Assembly: GCA_002428225.1 (NCBI GenBank)
Contig: DIUD01000038.1
Location: forward strand, 1-61,637
Direction of reading: 5' to 3'
Length of the DNA: 61,637 bases
Source of the DNA: Roseovarius sp. UBA6167
Lineage (GTDB): Bacteria > Pseudomonadota > Alphaproteobacteria > Rhodobacterales > Rhodobacteraceae
In this document: positions 41,876 through 51,413 of the stretch, piece after piece
Position numbering within the stretch: position 1 is the stretch's first letter
Layout: every line of letters starts with the position of its first letter
Position numbers and translations under genes: made by a program
Notes under the pieces: generated by a model
Database searches by the model: none
The model's input: the letters and a program-made list of their open reading frames with translations, nothing else
What the model was told of the DNA's origin: nothing

Positions 41876-44014
41876 ATGAGCCTGGCGAACAAGCTGGCGG
41901 AAGAACGGCGCGCGCGACTGGCTGCCGAACGTCTGCTGGAACACAAACAGGCCGAGCTGCGTGAGGCCAACCACAAGCTCAGCCTGCATGCGCGCGCGCT
42001 CAGCCATGAGGTGCACGAGACCCGCGCCGAGAACCTGCGTGTCAAATCCGACCTGACCGTGGCGCATCAGAAGGTCGAGATCGCCGAGCGCAGGCTCTGG
42101 CACTCGATCCAGACGATCGAGGACGGCTTTGCCTTTTTCGACGCCGACAGCCGGATGATCGCCGCCAACCGCGCCTGGCTTGCGGTTTTCGACGGGCTGG
42201 ACGAGGTGAAACCGGGGATCAGCTATGCAGAGATCCTCCGGATCATCACCGATGAGGGCATCTTCGATATCGGCGATCAGGCGCCGCATGAATGGCGCGA
42301 ATTCATGCTCGACCGCTGGCAAGGCCCCGCTCCCGAACCCATCGTGCTGCAGCTCTGGAGCGGGCACTATATCCGCATCATCGACCAGCCCGGCGCGGAC
42401 GGCGATGTGGTCAGCCTCGCGCATGACATCTCCGACACGATCCGCCACGAGAAGGAGCTCAAGGAGGCCCGCCGCCGCGCCGAGGCCGCCAACCGCGCCA
42501 AATCCGCCTTTCTCGCCAACATGAGCCACGAGATCCGCACGCCGATGAACGGGGTCGTGGGCATGGCCGATCTGCTTACGGAAAGCGCGCTGGATGAGGA
42601 ACAGCGCCTCTATGTCACCACGATCAAGCATTCCGCCGAGGCGCTCATGGTCATCATCAACGATGTGCTCGACTATTCAAAGATCGAGGCCGACAAGTTC
42701 GTGCTGCACCCCGAGCCCTTCGATCTCGAACGCTGCATCCACGCGCTGGTGACGTTGATGCAGGCCCAGGCGCGCGACAAGGGGATTGATCTTCTGGTGG
42801 ATTACGACCTCTTTCTGCCGCCGCGCCTTGTCGGCGACCAGGGGCGCATTCGACAGGTTCTTACCAACCTCGTGGGCAACGCCGTCAAGTTCACCGAGGC
42901 GGGCCATGTCCTGATCCGTGTCACCGGCATCCAGGCGGGTGACGGGGCCGAGGCCGATATCCGCATCACCATCGAGGATACCGGCATCGGCATCCCCGCC
43001 GACAAGATCGACCACATTTTCGGCGAGTTCAACCAGGTGGACGACGCCCAGAGCCGCAAGTTCGAGGGCACCGGCCTTGGGCTTGCGATCACGCAGCGGC
43101 TGGTGCGGCTGATGGGCGGCGACATCTGGGTGGAATCCGAGCCGCACCACGGCTCGACCTTCGGGCTGTCGCTGCACTTGCCGGTGGCCGAGGCGGGGGT
43201 GCCCGAGGCGCTGAGCCTTGCGCCCGGCCTGTCCCGCGCGCTGGTGGCCGAGCCGCACGACACCTGCCGGGCGCTGCTGGAGCGGCAGCTTGCCGCCCTC
43301 GGGCTGGCGGTGACGGCCTGCCGCGACGGGCGGGCCGCGCTCGATCTGCTCGCCGGGGCCGATCTGGTGGTGGCGGCCCATGCGATGCCCGGCCTGGACG
43401 GGACCGAGCTTGCGCAGGCGTTGCGTGCGGCCGGTCATGCCATGCCGATCGTGCTTTTGAGCGCGAGTCCCGCCAGCCTTGCCCGTGACCCCGCCCGCGA
43501 CCTCGTTCAGGCGGTGCTGCAACGGCCGGTGGCCCGCCACGAGCTGATCGCGGCCCTGGCCGAGCTTGCGCCCGCCGAACCCGCCCCCGAGGCCGCCCCG
43601 CGCGCCCTGCGTGTGCTGGCCGCCGAAGACAACAAGACCAACCGGCTGGTATTCTCCAAGATGGTGCATACGCTCGATATCGAGCTGCATTTTGCCGAGA
43701 ACGGGCGCGAGGCGGTGGCGCTGTTCCAGAGCATTGCGCCCGATATCGTGTTCATGGACATCTCCATGCCCGAGATGGACGGCAAGGAAGCGACCCGCGC
43801 CATTCGCGAAATCGAGGCGCACGAGGGCGGGCATGTGCCGATCGTCGCCATGACCGCCCATGCGATGAGCGGCGACGATGCGGACATCCTTGCCGCCGGG
43901 CTCGATCACTACCTGACCAAGCCGCTCAAGCGCGCGGCCATCGTCGAGCGGATACTGGACGCCACCCCGCCTGGCGTGCGCCCGCCCGAGGCCGCCATTC
44001 AGGAGGCAGGATGA
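41876..44014 (+). CDS. Cytoplasmic hybrid histidine kinase (PAS-HisKA-HATPase-REC-REC)
   Basis: FLANMSHEIRTPMNG, NLVGNAVKFT, GTGLGL, C-terminal FMDISMP; no TM segments. Confidence 0.93.
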   Translation: MSLANKLAEERRARLAAERLLEHKQAELREANHKLSLHARALSHEVHETRAENLRVKSDLTVAHQKVEIAERRLWHSIQTIEDGFAFFDADSRMIAANRAWLAVFDGLDEVKPGISYAEILRIITDEGIFDIGDQAPHEWREFMLDRWQGPAPEPIVLQLWSGHYIRIIDQPGADGDVVSLAHDISDTIRHEKELKEARRRAEAANRAKSAFLANMSHEIRTPMNGVVGMADLLTESALDEEQRLYVTTIKHSAEALMVIINDVLDYSKIEADKFVLHPEPFDLERCIHALVTLMQAQARDKGIDLLVDYDLFLPPRLVGDQGRIRQVLTNLVGNAVKFTEAGHVLIRVTGIQAGDGAEADIRITIEDTGIGIPADKIDHIFGEFNQVDDAQSRKFEGTGLGLAITQRLVRLMGGDIWVESEPHHGSTFGLSLHLPVAEAGVPEALSLAPGLSRALVAEPHDTCRALLERQLAALGLAVTACRDGRAALDLLAGADLVVAAHAMPGLDGTELAQALRAAGHAMPIVLLSASPASLARDPARDLVQAVLQRPVARHELIAALAELAPAEPAPEAAPRALRVLAAEDNKTNRLVFSKMVHTLDIELHFAENGREAVALFQSIAPDIVFMDISMPEMDGKEATRAIREIEAHEGGHVPIVAMTAHAMSGDDADILAAGLDHYLTKPLKRAAIVERILDATPPGVRPPEAAIQEAG

Positions 44015-44763
44015 GCGCGCAGGAACACGGGCCGCCCGGGCGTGGACAGTTCCGGCGCATGGGCATAGCCGCCGGTGTCGAAATCCAGCAGGCTGGCCGG
44101 ATCGCTCAGGCGGTTCTGGATGATGAACCGCGCCATCGCGCCACGCGCGCGCTTGGCATAAAAGCTGACGATCTTCGCCGCGCCGCCGCGATCCTCCATG
44201 AAAACGGGCGTGAGCACCCGCAGGCCAAGGGCCGCCTCGTCGACCGCGCCGAAATATTCCTGGCTGGCACAGTTCACGAGAACCCCCGTGCCAACCGCCG
44301 CGGCCTGCGCCTTGAGCGCGCGCGCGATCCGGTCGCCCCAGAAGTCATAAAGCGTCCGGCCGCGCCCTGTCGCCAGCCGGCTGCCCATCTCCAGCCGGTA
44401 TGGCGCGATCGCGTCGAGCGGGCGCAACACGCCGTAAAGCCCCGAGAGAATCCGCAGATGATCCTGCGCCCAGGCCATCTCGTCGGGATCGAGCGATCCG
44501 GCCTCCAGCCCCTGATAGGTATCGCCCGCAAAGGCGAGGGCTGCGGGTTTTTCGTCCATCGTGCCGAAGGCCGCGAACCGTCCCGCATTGAGCCGCGCGA
44601 GGCTTGGGGAAATCTTCATCAGCCGTTGCAGGCCCTCGGCCCCGAGCCCGCGCGCCACCTGCGCCAGTTCCTCCGCCTCGCCGTGAAAGGCGGGACGGGT
44701 GGCGGTGATGCCCGCAACCGGGGTCATGTCCATCTTCTTGGCGGGCGAGACGACGACCAGCAT
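43999..44763 (-). CDS. yaaA: Peroxide stress protein YaaA
   Basis: VSPAKK, ILSGLYG, YRLEMG, KRARG. Confidence 0.94.
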   Translation of the reverse strand: MLVVVSPAKKMDMTPVAGITATRPAFHGEAEELAQVARGLGAEGLQRLMKISPSLARLNAGRFAAFGTMDEKPAALAFAGDTYQGLEAGSLDPDEMAWAQDHLRILSGLYGVLRPLDAIAPYRLEMGSRLATGRGRTLYDFWGDRIARALKAQAAAVGTGVLVNCASQEYFGAVDEAALGLRVLTPVFMEDRGGAAKIVSFYAKRARGAMARFIIQNRLSDPASLLDFDTGGYAHAPELSTPGRPVFLRAHPAS

Positions 44764-44793
44764 AAGTGTTTCCTTCATCGGCACAGAGCGGAT

Positions 44794-46842
44794 TTAGTCC
44801 GCCGCGTGCAGAACGTCCAGAAAGGCCGCGCCGAAACGCTCGGCCTTTTGCCGGTCCATGCCCGGCAGGCGTTCGAGCGCGTCAAGCGTCGCGGGCCGCC
44901 GCTCGGCGATCTGGCGCAGCGTCGATCGGGTGCACGAGAGCGGCCGGAGCGTGCCGCACGGGCCGCGCGCAAGATCGCGGCTCACCTCGGCCAGCCGGTC
45001 ATACAGCGCGCCCTCGGGCCGCCCGGCCAGCTTGCGGCGGGTGGGGTGCATGGCCTCGGCCACGGCGCCGGTGATGACCTCCAGAAAGGCCGCGCCGTAA
45101 CGCTCCAGCTTGGTCGCGCCGACGCCGCCGATCCGCGCCATGGCATCGAGCGTGGCAGGGCGCGTCTCGGCCATCTCGATCAGCGTGCGGTCGGTAAAGA
45201 CGATATAGGCCGGCACGCCCGCCGCCTCGGCCAGCGCGCGGCGTTTCGCCTTGAGCGCGGAAAGAAGCGGTGCATCTTCGTCCGAGACGAGCGCGCGGGG
45301 CGCGGGGCGCGCCGCGGCACCCCTGAGCGTATCGCGCCGCAGCCGGATCGCGGCCTCGCCGCGCAGGATCGGGCGCGCGCCCTCGCACATCACCAGCGCG
45401 CCGTGGCGCTCGGGGTCGGGGCGCACGAGGTCATGCCCCATCATCTGCCGGAACACCCCCTGCCAGAGCCGCTTGTCATGGGCGCGGCCCACACCGAAGG
45501 TGGGCAGCGCGTCATGGCCGCGCGTGCGCACCTTTTCGGTGGCAGTGCCGGTCAGGATGTCGATGAGGTGGCCCGCGCCAAAGCTCTCGCCGGTGCGCAG
45601 CATGGCCGAGAGCGCCATGCGCACCGGCTCGGTCGCGTCAAAGCTCTCAGGCGGCGCGTCGCACAGATCGCAATTTCCGCAAGGGCCGGCCTCTTCGTCG
45701 AAATAGCGCAACAGGCTTATCCGGCGGCATTCCAGCGCCTCGGCCAGCCCCAGAAGCGCGTTCAATCGCCCGTGATCGGCGCGGCGGCGCTCGGGCGGGG
45801 CCGGCCCCTCGTCGATCTGGCTGCGGCGCAGGCGGATGTCGTCGGGACCGTAGAGCGTCAGCGTCTCGGCGGGCGCGCCGTCGCGGCCCGCGCGCCCGAT
45901 CTCCTGGTAATAGCTCTCGATGGATTTGGGCAGATCGGCATGGGCGACCCAGCGGATATCGGGCTTGTCCACGCCCATGCCGAAGGCGACCGTGGCCACG
46001 ACGATCAGCCCGTCCTCGGTGTTGAAGCGGTCCTCCACCGCGCGGCGCGCGGGCGCCTCCATCCCGCCGTGATAGGCGCAGGCGGCGTGCCCGGCCTCGT
46101 AGAGCGCCTTTGCCAGCGTCTCGGTCCTGGCGCGGGTGCCGCAATAGACGATGCCCGATTGCCCGCGCCGGGCGCCCGCGAAATCGAGGAGCTGGCGGCG
46201 GGGGCTGTCCTTGGTGGCAAAGGCGAGGTGGATATTGGGCCGGTCAAAGCCGTAGAGAAAGGTCTGCGGGGCGGTGCCGTCAAAGAGTTTCTCGATGATT
46301 TCGGCCCGTGTCTCGGCATCGGCGGTGGCGGTGAAGGCGGCAAGCGGCACGCCGAGCGCGCGGCGCAAGTCGCCTATCGCGAGGTAATCGGGGCGAAAAT
46401 CATGGCCCCACTGGCTTACGCAATGGGCCTCGTCCACGGCGATGAGACCGACCCCGATCCGCCGCAGCATCGCCGTTGTTCCCGAAGAGACCAGCCGTTC
46501 GGGCGCGAGGTAAAGCAGCTTCAATCGCCCCTCGTCGAGCGCGCGCCAGACCTCGGCCGTCTCCTCCTCGGTATTGCCGGAGGTGAGCGCACCCGCCGCC
46601 ACCCCCACGGCCCTGAGCGCGCGCACCTGATCGCGCATCAGCGCGATGAGCGGCGAGACCACCACCGTCACCCCCTCGCGCAAGAGCGCGGGCAACTGGA
46701 AACAGAGCGATTTTCCGCCCCCCGTCGGCATGATCGCCAGCGTGTTGCAACCCGAGGCGACGGTCTGGACGATTTCCTCCTGACCGGGGCGGAAGGCATC
46801 GAATCCGAAAACATCGCGCAAAAGCGTGGCAGCGCCGGACAT
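44794..46842 (-). CDS. recQ: DNA helicase RecQ (two HRDC-like C-terminal domains)
   Basis: MPTGGGKS, DEAHC, QEIGRAGRDG, CGNCDLC. Confidence 0.97.
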   Translation of the reverse strand: MSGAATLLRDVFGFDAFRPGQEEIVQTVASGCNTLAIMPTGGGKSLCFQLPALLREGVTVVVSPLIALMRDQVRALRAVGVAAGALTSGNTEEETAEVWRALDEGRLKLLYLAPERLVSSGTTAMLRRIGVGLIAVDEAHCVSQWGHDFRPDYLAIGDLRRALGVPLAAFTATADAETRAEIIEKLFDGTAPQTFLYGFDRPNIHLAFATKDSPRRQLLDFAGARRGQSGIVYCGTRARTETLAKALYEAGHAACAYHGGMEAPARRAVEDRFNTEDGLIVVATVAFGMGVDKPDIRWVAHADLPKSIESYYQEIGRAGRDGAPAETLTLYGPDDIRLRRSQIDEGPAPPERRRADHGRLNALLGLAEALECRRISLLRYFDEEAGPCGNCDLCDAPPESFDATEPVRMALSAMLRTGESFGAGHLIDILTGTATEKVRTRGHDALPTFGVGRAHDKRLWQGVFRQMMGHDLVRPDPERHGALVMCEGARPILRGEAAIRLRRDTLRGAAARPAPRALVSDEDAPLLSALKAKRRALAEAAGVPAYIVFTDRTLIEMAETRPATLDAMARIGGVGATKLERYGAAFLEVITGAVAEAMHPTRRKLAGRPEGALYDRLAEVSRDLARGPCGTLRPLSCTRSTLRQIAERRPATLDALERLPGMDRQKAERFGAAFLDVLHAAD

Positions 46843-46944
46843 GGGATTCCCTGCAAGGTTGGACTAAGTCTGCTCTTGCGTGGACCTTTTCACACAAGGA
46901 CTGGGGGAACAAGCCCCCGTTCGGCCAGAACCGCCCTGCCCCGC

Positions 46945-47025
46945 TCAGGCCAGCGCGGCGGCGGGGCGGATTGCGCCGGTCTCGATCCCGCGCCAGATTT
47001 CGGTGAGGGGGACGGCCATGGTCAT
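46945..47025 (-). pseudogene. Asparaginase (L-asparaginase II family) collapsed to a 26-aa minigene MTMAVPLTEIWRGIETGAIRPAAALA
   Basis: N-terminus (..VPL.EIWRG) fused in frame to C-terminus (RGIETG.IRPAA) of the roseobacter asparaginase usually divergent from ialB; GGAG RBS and stop retained. Confidence 0.75.
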
Positions 47026-47218
47026 GCGCGCGCTCCGTTTCCAGGTGCTTCAAGCAGGGCGAAGCGGGCGAAAATCCGCCAATTCCACCTTTCACTTCTC
47101 GCCTGTTTCAGGCTAATGTTGCATCGTCGAGTAAGGCCGGGTCGCATAAAACAACGATCCCGTAAAGGGCGGCGGACGACCAAGGATATTGAGGCACTGA
47201 CGGCTTGGAGGCTGGACA

Positions 47219-47740
47219 ATGATGGCAAGGATGGCGGCGGGGCTCGCTTTGGCCGGGGCAATTGCGACGGGCGTGGCAGCACAAGGCACGAGCACGAACC
47301 AGGTGGCCACCAGCACTGCGTGGAGCGTGTTCGAGGAGAGCGACCCGCGCGAATGCTGGGCGGTGTCGGCGCCGACCGAGACGGTCAACACGCGCGACGG
47401 GCGCGTGGTGGCGGTGCGGCGGGGCGACATCCTGTTGATGACGTTTTTCCGTCCCGGCGCCGAGGTGCAGGGGCAAATCACCTTTACCGGCGGCTATCCC
47501 TTCGCCCCCGGCTCGACCGTGAACATGCGGGTGGGCGACGAAAGCCACGAGATGTTCACCGAGGGCGAATGGGCCTGGCCCGCAACGGCTGAGGACGATG
47601 CCAGGATCCTCGCAGCGATGAAGCGCGGGGTGGACGCGGTGCTGACCGCGCGCTCGGCGCGCGGCACACAGACAAAGGATACGTTCTCGCTCATGGGTTA
47701 CACGGCGGCGGTGGAAGAGGCCGAAAACCGCTGCAAATAG
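47219..47740 (+). CDS. Invasion-associated locus B (IalB) family exported protein
   Basis: Signal peptide, WSVF...ECWAVS, FTGGYPF, DTFSLMG. Confidence 0.88.
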   Translation: MMARMAAGLALAGAIATGVAAQGTSTNQVATSTAWSVFEESDPRECWAVSAPTETVNTRDGRVVAVRRGDILLMTFFRPGAEVQGQITFTGGYPFAPGSTVNMRVGDESHEMFTEGEWAWPATAEDDARILAAMKRGVDAVLTARSARGTQTKDTFSLMGYTAAVEEAENRCK

Positions 47741-47780
47741 CCCCGCGATCCGCGCGCAACGCGCGGGCGGGCGGGCAGGG

Positions 47781-50024
47781 TCACAGCTTCGACCGCAGGT
47801 AGGTCATCGCCGCGGCTCGCAGGTTTTGCGAGCCGCGAGCACGTTCCTCGTGCAGGAGCGCGCGCAATTCGCTCAAATTCGTGCGACGAATCAAGCTCTT
47901 GACCGGGCCAATGGAGGCGGGGCGCATCGACAGCGAGCGAAAGCCGAGCGCGGCAAGACAGGTGGCCTCGATCGGGCGGCCCGCATCCTCGCCGCAAAAG
48001 CTGAGCCGGGTGCCGAGCGTCGCACAGCGATAGACGATCCCTTCGAGGAAATTGAGATAGCTCACGTCGAGCGTGTCGTAACGGCGGCGCACGCGCTCGT
48101 TCTCGCGGTCGGCGGCAAAAAAGAACTGTTTGAGATCGTTGCCACCGACCGAGAGAAAATCCACCTCCCTGTAGAACGCATCCGGCGCAAAGGCGAGCGA
48201 AGGTGTCTCCAGCATGGCGCCGACTTCGATCTCGCCCGGAATCGGGTGCCCGAGGATGCGCTCGCGCTCCAGCGCCTTGTCCATCTCGGCACGGGCGGCG
48301 GAAAACTCCTGGTGCTGTGCCACAAAGGGGAACATGACCGAAAGCGGACGTCCATTTGCCCCGCGAATCAGCGCCTGAAGCTGCATCCGCATGACGCCCG
48401 GTTTTTCAAGCCCCACGCGCACCGCCCGCCAGCCCATGGCCGGGTTGGGTTCATCCGTAGGCTTCATGTAGGGCAGCACCTTGTCCGAGCCGATATCGAG
48501 CGTGCGAAAGACCACGCGGCGGCCCTTGGCCGCGTCCATCACGCGGGCATAAAGGGCGCTCAGCTCGGCGCGCTTGGGCATGTGGCTGCGGGTGAGAAAC
48601 TGCAATTCGGTGCGAAAAAGGCCCACGCCGTCGGCCCCCGAATTTTCCAGACTGGGCAGGTCGGCCATGAGACCCGCGTTCATCTTGAGGGTGATCCGGG
48701 TGCCGCAAAGGGCCTGCGCCGGCTTGTCGCGGATCGAGGCATACCGCTCCTGCGCCTTGGCCTGCATCGCCATCTTGTCACGAAAGGCCGAGGTCACGGC
48801 GTCGTCGGGACGCAGGTGCACGATACCCTGGTCGCCATCGACAAGGATGAAATCACCGTTGAGCGCCTCGGTGGTGATGCGCTCGGCATTGATGACCAGC
48901 GGAATCGCCAGCGCGCGCGCGACGATCGCAGCATGAGAGCCGACAGCCCCCTCCTCGAGCACGATCCCGCGCAAGCCCCGCCCGTAATCGAGCAGATCTG
49001 CCGGCCCGATATTGCGCGCCACGAGGATGGGATCTGCCGGCATCTCGGCGCCGGTCTCCTTGCCCTGTCCGGTAAGGATGCGCAACAGCCGGTTGGAAAG
49101 GTCGTCGAGATCGTGCAGCCGCTCGCGCAAATAGGGGTCGGGAACCTGTTCCATCCGGGCGCGGGTGGCCGATTGTTCCTTTTCCACGGCGGCCTCGGCC
49201 GACAGGCCGCTGTCGATATTGGCCTCCATCCGGCGCATCCAGCCCCTGGAATTGACGAACATCCGGTAGGCTTCGAGCACCTCGAACTGATCCTTGTCGC
49301 CGCCCTGCGCCGAGGACAGCATCCGGTCCACGCCGACGCGCAGCGTCTCGACCGCCTCGTGCAGGCGCTCCAACTCGCGCGCCGGATCCTCGGCGATGGG
49401 GTTGGTGATGACCACCCGCGGCTCGTGCAGCCAGACATGGCCTTGTGCCACACCCTCCTGCGCGCTCGTGCCCTTGAACATCACCGGGCGGACATGGCGC
49501 GCCTTCATCGCGGCCCCCTCGCCGATGAAGGCGCCAAGCTCGGTCATCTCGGCCAGCACCATGGCGACCACCTCGAGCGCATAGATCTCGTCCTCGGAGA
49601 AAAGCCGCGCCACCCTGGACTGGACCACCAGCACGCCCAGCTTTGCGCCAAGCCGCTGGATGGGAACGCCGACGAAGGAGGAATATGCCTCCTCGCCGGT
49701 CTCTGGCATGTAGCGAAAGCCGGGGGCGGCGGGCGCGTCATCGGTGTTGATGACCTTGCCCGACCGCGCGACGCGCCCGACAAGCCCCTCCCCCAGCCGC
49801 AACCGGATCAGGTGCACGGATTCGGCCCTCAGCCCCTCGGAGGCGCAAAGTTCAAGCGTGGTCTCGTCAAGAAACAGGTAGATCGAGCACACCTCGGCGT
49901 GCATTTCCTCGGCAATGAGGCGCGTGATCCGGTCCAGCCTCGTCTGCCCGCCGCCCTCCTCTGCCATGATCGCGCGAAGCCGGCCGAGCATCTGGCGGCT
50001 GTCGGTCCTGAACGTCTCGCTCAT
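47781..50024 (-). CDS. ptsP: PEP-protein phosphotransferase EI-Ntr
   Basis: N-terminal GAF domain, SHAAIVAR phospho-His, GVGLFRTE, SVGGNDL. Confidence 0.95.
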   Translation of the reverse strand: MSETFRTDSRQMLGRLRAIMAEEGGGQTRLDRITRLIAEEMHAEVCSIYLFLDETTLELCASEGLRAESVHLIRLRLGEGLVGRVARSGKVINTDDAPAAPGFRYMPETGEEAYSSFVGVPIQRLGAKLGVLVVQSRVARLFSEDEIYALEVVAMVLAEMTELGAFIGEGAAMKARHVRPVMFKGTSAQEGVAQGHVWLHEPRVVITNPIAEDPARELERLHEAVETLRVGVDRMLSSAQGGDKDQFEVLEAYRMFVNSRGWMRRMEANIDSGLSAEAAVEKEQSATRARMEQVPDPYLRERLHDLDDLSNRLLRILTGQGKETGAEMPADPILVARNIGPADLLDYGRGLRGIVLEEGAVGSHAAIVARALAIPLVINAERITTEALNGDFILVDGDQGIVHLRPDDAVTSAFRDKMAMQAKAQERYASIRDKPAQALCGTRITLKMNAGLMADLPSLENSGADGVGLFRTELQFLTRSHMPKRAELSALYARVMDAAKGRRVVFRTLDIGSDKVLPYMKPTDEPNPAMGWRAVRVGLEKPGVMRMQLQALIRGANGRPLSVMFPFVAQHQEFSAARAEMDKALERERILGHPIPGEIEVGAMLETPSLAFAPDAFYREVDFLSVGGNDLKQFFFAADRENERVRRRYDTLDVSYLNFLEGIVYRCATLGTRLSFCGEDAGRPIEATCLAALGFRSLSMRPASIGPVKSLIRRTNLSELRALLHEERARGSQNLRAAAMTYLRSKL

Positions 50025-50082
50025 CGCGGCTGTCCCCCGTTTTCATGGCCGGGGCCGCCCCCCCGCGCAGACCGGGCAGGGG

Positions 50083-51321
50083 TCAGGCGGCCTTGTCCAG
50101 CCCAAAGGCATCATGCAGCGCCTGCACCGCAAGTTCCATGTATTTCCGGTCGATCAGCACGGAAATCTTTATCTCGGAGGTTGCAATCACCTTGATGTTG
50201 ATTCCCTCGTCGCTGAGCGTCTTGAACATTTTCGCGGCGACACCCGATTGCGAGCGCATCCCGATGCCCACGGCAGAGACCTTGGCCACATCGGTGTCGG
50301 CAATGAGGTCGCGATAGTTGATATGCCCCGCCGCCTTGGCCTCGCTCAGCGCTTTCTCGGCCCGTTTCACCTGATCGGTGGGGCACGAGAAGGTCATGTC
50401 GGTGCGGCCCGCTTCGGCGATGTTCTGGATGATCATGTCCACATTCACGCCTGCCTCGGCCAGCGGCCCGAAGATCGCCGCCGCGATGCCCGGACGGTCG
50501 GCGACCGAGACCAGCGTCATCTTCGCCTCTTCGCGGGAATAGGCGATCCCGCTCACCACGTTCGATTCCATGATTTCCTCCTCGGCACAGACGAGCGTGC
50601 CGGCCTCGTCCGATGGTTCCTCGAAGCTGCTGAGCACGCGCAGCCTGACATTATAGCGCATCGCCAGTTCCACCGACCGCGTCTGGAGCACCTTCGCCCC
50701 GAGCGAGGCCAGCTCCAGCATCTCCTCGAAGGCGATCCGGTCGAGCTTGCGCGCCTTGGCGCTGATGCGCGGGTCGGTGGTATAGACCCCGTCCACATCG
50801 GTGTAGATATCGCAGCGCTCGGCCCCGAAGGCGGCGGCAAAGGCCACGGCGGTGGTGTCCGACCCGCCGCGCCCGAGCGTGGTGATCCGGCCCTCGGGGC
50901 TGACGCCCTGGAAACCCGCGACCACGGCCACGCGCATCCCTTCGGCGAACTTGGCCGAAATGTTATCTGTCGGGATGTCCTCGATCCGGGCGGCGGAATG
51001 AGCCGAATTGGTCCTCAGCGGCACCTGCCAGCCCTGCCAGCTGCGCGCCGGGATCTCCATGTCCTGCAACACAAGCGCCATCAGGCCCGCGGTCACGTTC
51101 TCGCCCGAGCTTACCACCGCGTCATATTCACGCGCATCGTGCAGGGGAGAGATGTCATTCACCCAACCGACAAGCTCGTTGGTCTTGCCCGCCATGGCCG
51201 AAACGATCACGATGACATCATAGCCCTTGGCCACCTCGACGCCGACGCGCTTGGCCGCGCGGCGGATGCGGTCGATATTGGCAACCGAGGTGCCACCGAA
51301 TTTCATCACGAGAACGGGCAT
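50083..51321 (-). CDS. lysC: Aspartate kinase
   Basis: KFGGTSV, TTLGRGGSDT, two ACT domains. Confidence 0.97.
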   Translation of the reverse strand: MPVLVMKFGGTSVANIDRIRRAAKRVGVEVAKGYDVIVIVSAMAGKTNELVGWVNDISPLHDAREYDAVVSSGENVTAGLMALVLQDMEIPARSWQGWQVPLRTNSAHSAARIEDIPTDNISAKFAEGMRVAVVAGFQGVSPEGRITTLGRGGSDTTAVAFAAAFGAERCDIYTDVDGVYTTDPRISAKARKLDRIAFEEMLELASLGAKVLQTRSVELAMRYNVRLRVLSSFEEPSDEAGTLVCAEEEIMESNVVSGIAYSREEAKMTLVSVADRPGIAAAIFGPLAEAGVNVDMIIQNIAEAGRTDMTFSCPTDQVKRAEKALSEAKAAGHINYRDLIADTDVAKVSAVGIGMRSQSGVAAKMFKTLSDEGINIKVIATSEIKISVLIDRKYMELAVQALHDAFGLDKAA

Positions 51322-51413
51322 GGGCACGGTCCTGAACAGGAATGTCGCGCGCGGGTTTACGCGCGCCCAGGGTCGGACGCAAGGGCATGACGCCACCGTT
51401 CAGCCGGCACCCG

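Noticed and set aside
46906-46931. LexA box upstream of recQ
   Set aside because: GAAC/GTTC half-sites are present but not in the N7 direct-repeat arrangement
44011-47592. Very long alternative-frame ORFs (1193 aa here; also 24962-27940, 47826-50195, 23809-26055, 4457-6592)
   Set aside because: Antisense or off-frame shadows of real genes in high-GC DNA; Arg/Ala/Pro-rich with no recognisable domains
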